In this document: piece after piece, positions 8,635 to 19,543 of the stretch
Layout of the letters: every line of letters begins with the position of its first letter
How positions within the stretch are numbered: the first letter of the stretch is position 1
From: Rhodomicrobium sp.
GTDB lineage: Bacteria; Pseudomonadota; Alphaproteobacteria; Rhizobiales; Rhodomicrobiaceae
Direction of reading: 5' to 3'
Length of the DNA: 24,000 bases
Assembly (NCBI GenBank): GCA_049579205.1
Contig: JBAUNL010000466.1
Location: 3,393 to 27,392 of the forward strand
The notes under the pieces: model-generated
Told to the model about the DNA's origin: nothing
The model's input: only the letters and a program-made list of their open reading frames with translations
Database searches by the model: none
Position numbers and translations under genes: made by a program

Positions 8635-9066
8635 CTAGTGCGAGAGGGGACTCGATCGGGCCTCGCCCGCTAGCCGGACCCTCAACGTGTTAAGCCGCTC
8701 GAGCCGATCCTGGGCGAACCAGCGGCGATGTTCGTCATTGGCTTCTTCTACAGCTTGCTCGGCTAACGCGATCTCATCGGCGAGCATCTCTGTTGTGAAA
8801 TCTTCAAGAGGCACAGCGTATTCGGCGATCACAACCGTTTCGCTAGGGCCTACATCAGCAAAGCCGCCGCGAAGGTAAAATTGCCGTTCAGTACCGGAGT
8901 CCGACTTCGTAGTGAGAATGCCGGGGCGAAGCTGAGCGATAAGGAGCGCGCGATTGGCCATAGCGGCGAAATCGCCTCCCTGTCCGGGTATCACCGCTTC
9001 CGCGAGCGTATCCGACACGAGCAGTTTCTCGGGGGACACGAGTTCAAAATGAAATGTTTCGGCCAT
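8635..9066 (-). CDS. atpC: F1 ATP synthase epsilon subunit
   Basis: 143-aa ORF beginning MAETFHFELVSPEKLLVSDTLAEAVIPGQGGDFAAMANRA.., a typical alphaproteobacterial AtpC N-terminal beta-sandwich followed by a helical C-terminus. It is located immediately after atpD. Confidence 0.93.
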   Translation of the reverse strand: MAETFHFELVSPEKLLVSDTLAEAVIPGQGGDFAAMANRALLIAQLRPGILTTKSDSGTERQFYLRGGFADVGPSETVVIAEYAVPLEDFTTEMLADEIALAEQAVEEANDEHRRWFAQDRLERLNTLRVRLAGEARSSPLSH

Positions 9067-9124
9067 CTTTTCCGCTCACGGGCGCTTAACAGGAAGCAAA
9101 GGCACATAAGGCCCACTGGCCCTG

Positions 9125-11440
<2,316 letters not shown>

Positions 11441-11462
11441 CTACTCGCCGCTGGGCTTGGCG

Positions 11463-12338
11463 TTAGACTGCCTCTGCGCCCGATATGATTTCAATCAACT
11501 CTTTGGTAATCATCGCTTGGCGCGTACGGTTATAGTTGAGCGTCAAACGATCTATCATATCGCCTGCGTTGCGCGTGGCGTTATCCATCGCTGTCATCTG
11601 GGAGGCATAGAACCCGGCGTTGTTCTCCAGCAAGGCGCGGAAGATCTGCGTAGCCACGTTTCTTGGGAGAAGCTCGCGTAAGATATCCTGCTCGTCCGGC
11701 TCAAACTCATAGGTGGAATTATCCGAAGGCGCGTCTTGGGCCTCGGGAAGTTTTACCGGAATGAGCTGCGCTGACCGAGCCCGCTGCGTGATGATGTTGA
11801 CAAACTGCGAAAAGAAGAGAGTTGCGACATCGAATTCACCCGCATCGAACCGATTCAGGATGCGTTGAGCAATGTCTAACGCGTTCACATATCCGAGCTG
11901 GCGGACATTTCTCAGGTCAACGTGGTCGACCATCATTTTTCCGAAGTCGCGCCGCAACTGATCGGCGCCCTTCCGGCCAATGGTCATGATCTTTACTGAT
12001 TTCCCGTCTGCCAGAAGCCGGCGGATGTGCTCGCGCGCCTGCCTTGCGATGTTCGAGTTGAAGGCGCCGGCGAGACCGCGTTCGCCGGTCGCGACAATGA
12101 TAAGGTGAGTTTGGTCCTGGCCGGTTCCAACGAGAAGCGGAGAGGCTGCGGCGCCTGCCACGCGCGCGCCAAGGCGCCCCAAAATCTTTTCGACCCGCTC
12201 AGCGTAAGGCCGCGCGGCCTCGGCCTGGTCTTGTGCCCGGCGCAGTTTCGCTGCGGCCACCATTTGCATGGCCTTCGTGATTTTTCGAGTGGCCTTCACA
12301 GACGCGATGCGCGCTCGAAGGTCTTTCAGGCTGGCCAT
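11463..12338 (-). CDS. atpG: F1 ATP synthase gamma subunit
   Basis: 291-aa ORF beginning [36 protein letters not shown] and ending ..[15 protein letters not shown], a textbook AtpG. A GGAG Shine-Dalgarno lies 7 nt upstream. Confidence 0.95.
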   Translation of the reverse strand: MASLKDLRARIASVKATRKITKAMQMVAAAKLRRAQDQAEAARPYAERVEKILGRLGARVAGAAASPLLVGTGQDQTHLIIVATGERGLAGAFNSNIARQAREHIRRLLADGKSVKIMTIGRKGADQLRRDFGKMMVDHVDLRNVRQLGYVNALDIAQRILNRFDAGEFDVATLFFSQFVNIITQRARSAQLIPVKLPEAQDAPSDNSTYEFEPDEQDILRELLPRNVATQIFRALLENNAGFYASQMTAMDNATRNAGDMIDRLTLNYNRTRQAMITKELIEIISGAEAV

Positions 12339-12355
12339 TTGTTGCTCCGGATCCG

Positions 12356-13897
12356 CTAGGCCGCGAACCGCTTGGCGAATTTCTGCAAGATGTCCTTCAG
12401 CTTTTGTTCCGTCTCTGGCGTAAGCTGCTTGGTCGTGCGGATTGAATCCAGCACATCCGTATGGTCCGTGCGCATGATGGTCAGGAACTCGCGCTCGAAC
12501 TCGGTTACCTTCCCCACCGGGATAGGATCAAGAAACCCGCGTGTGCCCGCATAGATCACCACAACCTGCTCTTCGACTTTCATGGGCGAGAATTGCGGCT
12601 GTTTCAGCAACTCCGTAAGACGTGAGCCCCGCGCCAGCAGTTTCTGCGTTGCGGCGTCCAGGTCAGAACCGAACTGGGCGAAGGCGGCCATCTCACGATA
12701 TTGCGCGAGCTCGCCTTTGATCGCGCCTGCAACCTGCTTCATCGCCTTGATCTGAGCCGAAGAGCCAACGCGAGAGACGGAGATGCCAACATTCACGGCG
12801 GGCCGGATGCCTTGATAGAACAGATCGGTTTCAAGGAAGATCTGACCGTCGGTGATGGAGATCACGTTCGTCGGGATATAGGCCGACACGTCATTAGCCT
12901 GCGTCTCGACGACTGGGAGCGCGGTCAAAGAACCTGAGCCGTGTTCGCTATTTAGCTTGGCCGCGCGCTCAAGAAGCCGGGAGTGCAAATAGAACACGTC
13001 GCCAGGATAAGCCTCGCGTCCGGGCGGACGCCGGAGCAGCAAGGACATCTGACGGTAGGCGACGGCTTGCTTCGACAGATCATCATAGATGATGAGCGCG
13101 TGCATACCATTATCGCGGAAATATTCGCCCATGGTGCAGCCTGTATAGGGTGCGATGAATTGCATAGGCGCCGGATCGGACGCAGTTGCCGCGACCACGA
13201 TGGAGTATTCGAGTGCGCCGTTCTCTTCGAGGACGCGAACAAGTTGCGCAACCGTGGACCGCTTCTGTCCGACCGCGACGTAAATGCAGTAGAGCTTCTG
13301 GCTTTCGTCGCCGGTAGCGTTGACCGATTTCTGATTGAGGATCGTATCGAGCGCCACGGCGGTTTTGCCGGTCTGGCGATCACCAATGATCAGCTCGCGC
13401 TGGCCGCGCCCGATGGGGATCAGGGCGTCGATAGCCTTCAGACCGGTCTGCATCGGCTCCTTCACGCTTTCGCGCGGAAGGATACCGGGGGCCTTGACGT
13501 CAACCCTTTTCTTTTCCTGGCTCTGGATCGGACCTTTTCCGTCGATCGGATTGCCAAGACCGTCAACGACACGGCCGAGAAGACCTTTTCCGATAGGTAC
13601 CTCAACGATCGCGCCCGTTCGCTTGACGGTGTCGCCTTCCTTAATGCCCCTGTCTTCGCCGAAGATAACGATACCGACATTATCGGCTTCGAGGTTCAGC
13701 GCCATTCCCCGGACCCCGCCAGGGAATTCAACCATTTCGCCGGCTTGAACGTTATCGAGGCCATAGACGCGGGCGATACCGTCTCCGACGGAAAGCACCT
13801 GTCCGATCTCCGAGACTTCTGCTTCCTGGCCGAAATTCTTGATCTGCTCTTTTAGGATTGAAGAGATTTCGGACGGGCGGATTTCAGTGAGTTCCAT
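12356..13897 (-). CDS. atpA: F1 ATP synthase alpha subunit
   Basis: 513-aa ORF with ..[12 protein letters not shown].., the Walker A GDRQTGKT, and ..[42 protein letters not shown]... Its start overlaps the atpH stop as ATGA at 13895-13899. Confidence 0.97.
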   Translation of the reverse strand: MELTEIRPSEISSILKEQIKNFGQEAEVSEIGQVLSVGDGIARVYGLDNVQAGEMVEFPGGVRGMALNLEADNVGIVIFGEDRGIKEGDTVKRTGAIVEVPIGKGLLGRVVDGLGNPIDGKGPIQSQEKKRVDVKAPGILPRESVKEPMQTGLKAIDALIPIGRGQRELIIGDRQTGKTAVALDTILNQKSVNATGDESQKLYCIYVAVGQKRSTVAQLVRVLEENGALEYSIVVAATASDPAPMQFIAPYTGCTMGEYFRDNGMHALIIYDDLSKQAVAYRQMSLLLRRPPGREAYPGDVFYLHSRLLERAAKLNSEHGSGSLTALPVVETQANDVSAYIPTNVISITDGQIFLETDLFYQGIRPAVNVGISVSRVGSSAQIKAMKQVAGAIKGELAQYREMAAFAQFGSDLDAATQKLLARGSRLTELLKQPQFSPMKVEEQVVVIYAGTRGFLDPIPVGKVTEFEREFLTIMRTDHTDVLDSIRTTKQLTPETEQKLKDILQKFAKRFAA

Positions 13898-14451
13898 CAG
13901 CTGGCCTCTTTCATCGCCTTTTCTAAGTTTCTAAGTTTTGTACGTAATGATGTGTCGATCATTTGGCTTCCGACTTTCACCACGAGGCCGCCGATAAGAC
14001 TGGCATCGACCGTGACGGTAAGTCTTGGGATCTTCCCGAGCTTCTGCCGCAGAGTATCCTTGAGTTCCTGAGTTTGTGCTGCCGTGAGCGGAACCGCGGA
14101 CTTCACCTCCGCTTCAACTTCGCCGCGCTGCTTCGCCGACAGGGTCTTAAATGCTTTAATGACGTTCTCGACAGCAAACAGCCGCCGGTTCGAGGCGAGC
14201 ACAAGCAGGAAGTCGCGAACAAGGCCCGTGATGCCCGTTGCCTTGAACAAAGCGGAGAGGCCCTGCTGCTGTTCTGCGATCGAAAACACTGGGCTCAAGA
14301 CGAAGCGGCGAAGATCGGCGCTGCTTCGGAGCGATTCCGAGAATCGGTCAAGCGCCCGCTCAACCTTGTCCACTTCGTTGCCGGCCTGCGCTAGCTCGAA
14401 AAGCGCTCCTGCATAACGCTCGGCCACCGTTGATACATCGCCCCGCGCCAA
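13897..14451 (-). CDS. atpH: F1 ATP synthase delta (OSCP) subunit
   Basis: 184-aa ORF with ..[13 protein letters not shown].. and ..[25 protein letters not shown].., which are OSCP hallmarks. The apparent start is a TTG at 14449-14451, preceded by GGGAGA at 6-nt spacing. An in-frame GTG a few codons downstream is an alternative start. Confidence 0.9.
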   Translation of the reverse strand: MARGDVSTVAERYAGALFELAQAGNEVDKVERALDRFSESLRSSADLRRFVLSPVFSIAEQQQGLSALFKATGITGLVRDFLLVLASNRRLFAVENVIKAFKTLSAKQRGEVEAEVKSAVPLTAAQTQELKDTLRQKLGKIPRLTVTVDASLIGGLVVKVGSQMIDTSLRTKLRNLEKAMKEAS

Positions 14452-14643
14452 ATCGTTCTCCCAAACGAAACAAAAGACAGCCGAACGCTCCCGCGTTGGC
14501 GTGTCCCGTTACCAACTTCAGATGTCCGGATTGCACTCCGGCGTATGCCTTGGTGGCGCTTCTACCATAGGCCCTTATTGCATTGCAACAGGCTGATTTC
14601 CTACGGGCGTTCGATTTTTGTTACTCTCCGTAGTGTTAGCGCA

Positions 14644-15147
14644 CTAGGGTGCTAGAAATTCGCTGAACTCCCTTAGAACCACTTCATAGGTGGGCCGCTT
14701 GAATCCGACGATCAAATCGAGAACTTCGCGGTGGTCCACCCAGCGCCATGCATCAAACTCTTGCTTGTGCCCATCGGGCTTGAGATTGATTTCATCTTCA
14801 ACACCAGTGAACCGCATCGCGAACCACTTCTGCTGCTGTCCGCGATATTTGCCCTTGAGTGCTTTGCCGACAGCCTCAGCCGGAAGGTCGTATTTGATCC
14901 AACCTTGAGATTCGGCGAGGATTTTGACGCTGGAAACACCAGTTTCCTCATGAAGCTCGCGCAGGGCAGCTCTTTTGGGTTCCTCGCCGTCGTCAATGCC
15001 ACCTTGGGGCATTTGCCATCGCTTTTGAACCTCTAGCTGTACAAGATCGTCAAAGCGGCGGCCGACCCATATCTGGCCCTTTTTGTTAAGGAGCATAATG
15101 CCTACGCAGGGGCGATAGGGAAGTAGATTTGGATCGATGGAAGCCAT
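14644..15147 (-). CDS. rppH: RNA pyrophosphohydrolase (Nudix)
   Basis: It carries the Nudix box GGIDDGEEPKRAALRELHEETG and the motif ..YRPCVGIMLLNKKGQIWVGRR... I chose the start at MASIDPNLLPYRPCVG (ATG at 15145-15147) because an AGGAG lies 5 nt upstream. The ORF-track start at 15201 adds 18 aa with no Shine-Dalgarno. Confidence 0.9.
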   Translation of the reverse strand: MASIDPNLLPYRPCVGIMLLNKKGQIWVGRRFDDLVQLEVQKRWQMPQGGIDDGEEPKRAALRELHEETGVSSVKILAESQGWIKYDLPAEAVGKALKGKYRGQQQKWFAMRFTGVEDEINLKPDGHKQEFDAWRWVDHREVLDLIVGFKRPTYEVVLREFSEFLAP

Positions 15148-15228
15148 GTTGCTCCTATTACAGTAGTCCGTAGGCGCGCATGGCCAGCGGTGATGTGACA
15201 TGCCGAGAACGCAGTTAAGCTCAAGGCC

Positions 15229-15534
15229 CTATTCGCCACCTTTCGCTTCGGAGGCCGTGTTAGGCCGGTCGCCAAGAAAAACCGGAGGCCGGCCTGGGAC
15301 CGGCGGCTCTGCATTGGCTTGAGCACGTCCATCGGCTGCATGCCCATCGCTTGCCGGCTCCTCGCCGCGTGACACGACCGCCGGCGGCACCGCCGGTTTC
15401 GGCATTTGCCGCGTGTCGACGGGGAGAACAAGCTTAAGGTCATATTCCTGGCCTGGATCTGAGACCGCAAAATAAATGATCAAGGCCGCACAGATCGAAA
15501 AGAAAAAACCGGCGGTAATCAGAAGCGCTCTCAT
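15229..15534 (-). CDS. small membrane-anchored Pro-rich protein (hypothetical)
   Basis: 101-aa ORF with a strong GAGAGGAAGG Shine-Dalgarno. It has one N-terminal transmembrane helix (LLITAGFFFSICAALIIYFAV) followed by a Pro/Ala-rich soluble tail. It lies between ctpA and rppH. Confidence 0.45.
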   Translation of the reverse strand: MRALLITAGFFFSICAALIIYFAVSDPGQEYDLKLVLPVDTRQMPKPAVPPAVVSRGEEPASDGHAADGRAQANAEPPVPGRPPVFLGDRPNTASEAKGGE

Positions 15535-15554
15535 TGCCTTCCTCTCTGCCTTGT

Positions 15555-15588
15555 AAAATCAAAAAGGTTCATGCCGATGACATGAACC
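15555..15588 (-). terminator. rho-independent terminator (or processing/stabiliser hairpin) after ctpA
   Basis: Perfect 8-bp stem GGTTCATG(15566-15573)/CATGAACC(15581-15588) with a 7-nt loop. On the minus strand it is followed by TTTTTGATTTT. An A-run on the other side makes the structure formally bidirectional. Confidence 0.7.
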
Positions 15589-15623
15589 ATTTTGCAACAG
15601 GATCATTATGTGCGGCGGGAACC

Positions 15624-16973
15624 TTAGTTTGGTACAGCCACTGCTGCCGGAGGAACAGCGGCGTTTTCCAGTTTCTTCGGCTCAATCTTCTTACCGTGCA
15701 GGAAGTCGAAAGCTGCCTTCAGCTGCACGTCTTTTTCCTTCTCTTTCGGTACGTAGGATATACTTCCCGATGCCTCTGGAGAGCCACTGTTCTTCAAGTG
15801 GCCTCGAAGGCTGGCTTCGCCTTTCGGCGTAAAGTTGGCCATCTGCTGTTTCAGTTCCGGTGGAAGCTCGGGCTCAACCACAAAATCTGGAGCGATGCCG
15901 GTGGCCTGAATTGACCGGCCGGAGGGCGTGTAATAGCGAGCGGTAGTTAACCTCAAGCCGCCATTGGCACCAAGCGGGATCATCGTTTGAACTGAGCCTT
16001 TGCCAAAGGATCGCGTTCCGATAACCGTCGCGCGCTTGTGGTCCTGTAGCGCGCCTGCGACAATCTCGGACGCGGAGGCCGAGCCGCCATTGATAAGCAC
16101 GACAATCGGTTTTGCGTCGCTTATATCGCCTGGCTTGGCATTAGCCCGGCTGCTTTCGTTGGCGTTCCGGCCTTTGGTCAGGACGATAGCGCCTTTATCC
16201 AGGAAAGCGTCCGAGACCGCGATCGCCTGATCGAGAAGACCGCCAGGATTATTGCGAAGATCGATGACATAGCCCTTGAGCTTAGGTCCGATAGTCTTCT
16301 TAAGATCTTCCATTGCCTGCTTCATATATTCGTAGGTGTGCTCACTCTGGAAGGTCTTAATCTTAATCCATCCGATGTCATCTTCGGCGCTATACTTAAT
16401 CGGGTTGATGCGCACGATATCCCGCACTATTTTGGTCTGAATCGGCGCCTGCACCCCTTTCCGAAGAATCGTAAGCGTGATCGGGGAATCTACAGGCCCG
16501 CGCATCTTCTCGACTGCCTCATTAAGGGTCAGCCCCTGAATAGATTCGCCATCCAAATGAGTTATATAATCGCCAGCCATGACACCGGCGTGGTCGGCCG
16601 GGGTATTGTCGATCGGCGCAATGACCTTCACGACGCCATCTTCCATCGTCACTTCGATGCCTAGCCCGCCGAATTCGCCACGGGTCTGCACCTGCATATC
16701 CTGGAATTCTTTTGGCGTTAGATAGCTCGAATGGGGATCGAGGCCCTGTAGCATGCCATTGATCGCATTCTCGATGAGCTTCGTATCGTCCGGCTTCTCG
16801 ACATATTCCGTGCGCACCCGCTCAAGAACTTCACCGAAAAGATCGAGCTGTTTGTAAATTTCGGCGTTGGCCGCAATCGCTTGGTCCCGGCGCGTAGAAT
16901 GCAAGATGAAGACACTTGCACCACACACCAGCACTATTAAGAACGCACCAAGCGCGAGTTCGGATTTGCGCAT
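15624..16973 (-). CDS. ctpA: carboxy-terminal processing protease (S41 family, PDZ-containing)
   Basis: It has ..GGLGIEVTMEDGVVKVIAPIDNTPADHAGVMAGDYI.. (a PDZ domain). It also has the catalytic Ser context NGGSASASEI and the Lys context TRSFGKGSVQ. The start could be the ATG at 16973 (MRKSELALG.., 5 nt after the upstream stop) or the ATG at 17006. Confidence 0.93.
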   Translation of the reverse strand: MRKSELALGAFLIVLVCGASVFILHSTRRDQAIAANAEIYKQLDLFGEVLERVRTEYVEKPDDTKLIENAINGMLQGLDPHSSYLTPKEFQDMQVQTRGEFGGLGIEVTMEDGVVKVIAPIDNTPADHAGVMAGDYITHLDGESIQGLTLNEAVEKMRGPVDSPITLTILRKGVQAPIQTKIVRDIVRINPIKYSAEDDIGWIKIKTFQSEHTYEYMKQAMEDLKKTIGPKLKGYVIDLRNNPGGLLDQAIAVSDAFLDKGAIVLTKGRNANESSRANAKPGDISDAKPIVVLINGGSASASEIVAGALQDHKRATVIGTRSFGKGSVQTMIPLGANGGLRLTTARYYTPSGRSIQATGIAPDFVVEPELPPELKQQMANFTPKGEASLRGHLKNSGSPEASGSISYVPKEKEKDVQLKAAFDFLHGKKIEPKKLENAAVPPAAVAVPN

Positions 16974-16978
16974 ATATT

Positions 16979-18373
16979 TCAACCTTTTCCTCCCCCGGAC
17001 CACCACGGTGCGGGGTTGATCGACTGACGATCTCTACGAAACTCTACGTAGAGTATGGGGCGGGCGGGAGACTTTTCGCCGGAGCGAACCTCTGCCCCCA
17101 TCGTTGCTACAGGCTCGCCAGCAAGAACGAATTGCCCCGGCCTTACTTGTATCCGGTCCATTCCTGCTACCACGACATGATAGCCTCCGCCAGGGTCGAT
17201 AATCAAGAGTTGACCATAGGTGCGGAATGGACCTGCATAGAGAACGGAGCCATCGCATGGCGACACAACCTGGCCCCCGGGCCGGGTCTCGATGTGAATT
17301 CCTTTGGAGCCCTGACCGTCTTGATCAGGCTGGCCAAATCTTATCGTAATCCTGCCCTGAGCCGGCAAAGGCAGAAGTCCTTGAGATTTTGCAAAAGGAA
17401 TTGAAGGTTGCATGCGTCCTGGCAATAGCATCGCGACCTTACTCGAATCCGGTGAAAGCTCGTCCGTTGCATTCACATCTTCCGGCTTCGTTCTTTTTCC
17501 AGCCTGCGCGTCAAGAAGCGGCAGCATTTCCTCAAGGCTTTTGATACCAGCTAAATTGATCTTGGTCGCGGTCTTCAAATTTTCGAGATTTTCCGACGTG
17601 GCTTCCAGCTCCTCGCGGTTTTCGATAAGAAGCAGGTCTATCTGAGCTTTGAGCCTGTTATTCTGTGTCTGTTCAGCCCTGCGGCGCTGTTCTTGAAGCT
17701 CTGCCTCTTTCTGAACCTTATCCAAGGCGTCAACTTCTGTGCCGAGCTGCGCAGCAAGCTTCTCGACATCCTGGTAGAATGCAGCAAGAACCATGCCACT
17801 GCGTATCATATTGAGTGCGTCGCGCGTGTGGGTGATCAGTAATGGCGGGGGTTGCCGGCCCATGCCCTGCATTAAAGTGAGAAGGGCGGACATTTGGTCG
17901 CTCTTATCGTAGAGCTTCTCACGCGCCTCCTTCACCTTTGCGCGCGTCTCCCCCAGCCTCTCTTCGATCTCAGTCAACCGCCTCTCCGACAATCGGAGCG
18001 CCCTGGCGGTCTCGACGAGCCTTGCATGCATGCGCGCACGGTTGATGGCGAGGGTGCGTTTATCGCGGGACAGCTCACGCTGCTGTTCCTGGATTTGTTG
18101 AAGCCGCAATTTGCGCCGGATGTAGAGCTCCCGCGCCTGATCTGCGTCGATTTTCGCTTCTTCCGAGCCTTCTTTGCCTTTCCGGCGCGGTGGCGCAGCG
18201 CGGTTTTGGACTGCCGATTTACCGCTACCCTGAGCCGGGGAAGAACCTTCCTGTGCCAGCACATGCGGTATTGCTGCCAGCAGGACAACTGCCACTGAAA
18301 CACTTAGCGAAAGAGTAACTCTGCGGGAGAAAACGCTCGCTACCTTTCCCGCGACAGAAAAGCCTATCATCAT
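16979..18373 (-). CDS. EnvC-like murein hydrolase activator (coiled coil plus degenerate M23/LytM domain)
   Basis: 464-aa ORF with an N-terminal signal/anchor, about 250 aa of coiled coil (rich in Q/E/R/L), and a C-terminal LytM fold. The zinc-ligand positions are all substituted. SKGIHI replaces HxGxD, IDPGGGYH replaces IDHG, and PILYVEF replaces PHLHFE. This matches non-catalytic EnvC-type activators. Confidence 0.85.
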   Translation of the reverse strand: MMIGFSVAGKVASVFSRRVTLSLSVSVAVVLLAAIPHVLAQEGSSPAQGSGKSAVQNRAAPPRRKGKEGSEEAKIDADQARELYIRRKLRLQQIQEQQRELSRDKRTLAINRARMHARLVETARALRLSERRLTEIEERLGETRAKVKEAREKLYDKSDQMSALLTLMQGMGRQPPPLLITHTRDALNMIRSGMVLAAFYQDVEKLAAQLGTEVDALDKVQKEAELQEQRRRAEQTQNNRLKAQIDLLLIENREELEATSENLENLKTATKINLAGIKSLEEMLPLLDAQAGKRTKPEDVNATDELSPDSSKVAMLLPGRMQPSIPFAKSQGLLPLPAQGRITIRFGQPDQDGQGSKGIHIETRPGGQVVSPCDGSVLYAGPFRTYGQLLIIDPGGGYHVVVAGMDRIQVRPGQFVLAGEPVATMGAEVRSGEKSPARPILYVEFRRDRQSINPAPWWSGGGKG

Positions 18374-18385
18374 CGCCGCCTTATA

Positions 18386-18460
18386 AATTCACCATTTTCT
18401 TCAGACAAGCTTCCGATGTTCTCGGGATGAAAGCCTATTTCACCTCAACAAATGGTGAAT
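18386..18460. repeat. 11-bp inverted repeat ATTCACCATTT ... AAATGGTGAAT in the envC-like/prx divergent region
   Basis: The arms are at 18387-18397 and 18450-18460 (11/11 complementary) and are separated by 52 nt. A third, related copy (ATTTCACC) lies at 18437-18444. Confidence 0.5.
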
Positions 18461-18550
18461 CATGAGATCCAAGCCCTGATAGCTTTTTGTGTCCTAATTC
18501 GGTATAGAACCGCCGCAACGCATGCAATCGATGGTCCAAAGGAGATTTGA

Positions 18551-19036
18551 ATGGATATAGCCCCGGGAAGCCCGCTGCCGTCTGCAAAATTCAGGATCAT
18601 GACTGCGAGCGGCCCATCCGAGGTCTCCGCGCAGGATCTTTTCAAAGGAAAGAAAGCTATATTATTCGCCGTGCCTGGCGCTTTCACCCCGACCTGTCAC
18701 GGGACGCATCTGCCGGGGTTCTTGCGGCATGCGACGGATTTCAAGACGAAAGGGGTTGATCTCATTGCTTGCACTGCTGTCAACGACGTCTTCGTCATGG
18801 ATGCCTGGGCCAAGGCGAGCGGGGCCGAAGGAACGGTCACTTTCCTATCCGACGGGAATGGAGATTTCGCCAAAGCAATCGGGCTGGAATTGGATGCCTC
18901 CGGCGCTGGTTTGGGCATCCGGTCAAAACGCTACGCAATGCTTATCGAGGACGGTGTGGTGAAAGCGCTCCACATCGAAGATAAGCCTGGGAAGGCTGAG
19001 GAAAGCAGCGCCGAACGCATCCTCGGCGATCTATAG
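18551..19036 (+). CDS. peroxiredoxin, Prx5/PrxD type
   Basis: 161-aa ORF with the motif [19 protein letters not shown] (peroxidatic Cys in PGAFTPTC) and ..[11 protein letters not shown].. and ..[14 protein letters not shown]... An AAAGGAG Shine-Dalgarno lies upstream. Confidence 0.92.
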   Translation: MDIAPGSPLPSAKFRIMTASGPSEVSAQDLFKGKKAILFAVPGAFTPTCHGTHLPGFLRHATDFKTKGVDLIACTAVNDVFVMDAWAKASGAEGTVTFLSDGNGDFAKAIGLELDASGAGLGIRSKRYAMLIEDGVVKALHIEDKPGKAEESSAERILGDL

Positions 19037-19543
19037 GGGGTCCTCACGCGGTGAGGCTATGCTTGCCTCCTTCGCTATCGCTTCCTGCTCGGCTATGCCG
19101 CGTTGAGCGAGCTCGTGGGCTCGCTCGTTCCCAACGTCCCCCTCATGTCCGCGCACCCAATGCCAACTCACATCGTGACGGAGCCTGGCAGCATCCAGTC
19201 GCCGCCAGAGGTCCTCATTCTTTACCGGTTTTTTCTGCGCCGTTCGCCAGCCATTAGCTTTCCAGGACGCAATCCATTCAGAGATGCCGGTGCGCACATA
19301 TTGCGAGTCGGTATGAATCTCTACCCGGCACGGCCTTTTGAGCGTTTCAAGCGCCATGATAGCCGCCATCAGCTCCATGCGGTTATTTGTGGTTAGGGGC
19401 TCGCCTCCCCAGAGTTCGCGCTCGTGCCCGTTATATGAAAAATAGACGCCCCACCCCCCCGGGCCAGGATTTCCCTTGCAGCCACCATCGGTGTAAATGA
19501 CTACGGCATCGCTGTGCGATTTGTTGCCACCGCTAGATGCCAT
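19031..19543 (-). CDS. rnhA: ribonuclease HI
   Basis: 170-aa ORF that aligns without gaps to E. coli RNase HI across YTDGGC(D10), NNRMELMA(E48), HTDSQY(D70) and WVRGH(H124). The position equivalent to D134 is His (NERAHELA). Confidence 0.93.
   Translation of the reverse strand: MASSGGNKSHSDAVVIYTDGGCKGNPGPGGWGVYFSYNGHERELWGGEPLTTNNRMELMAAIMALETLKRPCRVEIHTDSQYVRTGISEWIASWKANGWRTAQKKPVKNEDLWRRLDAARLRHDVSWHWVRGHEGDVGNERAHELAQRGIAEQEAIAKEASIASPREDPL

Noticed and set aside
8385-8693. 102-aa plus-strand ORF in the atpC-proximal gap
   Set aside because: It runs 59 nt into the 3' end of atpC on the opposite strand, has no Shine-Dalgarno, and has an odd composition (His/Arg runs). I do not call it a gene. 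The region is discussed as a non-coding gap instead.
12983-13855. 290-aa plus-strand ORF
   Set aside because: It lies entirely antisense to atpA, whose identity is unambiguous. Long antisense open frames are common in GC-rich coding DNA. The translation is Arg/Asp/Gly-rich with no recognisable motifs.
14601-14633. CTACGG...CCGTAG stem downstream of rppH
   Set aside because: It has only 6 bp with a 21-nt loop and no U-tract on the minus strand, so I do not call it a terminator.
15148-15201. Longer N-terminus (MSHHRWPCAPTDYCNRSN) for rppH
   Set aside because: It has no Shine-Dalgarno. The internal ATG at 15147 has an AGGAG at ideal spacing and gives the usual RppH length.
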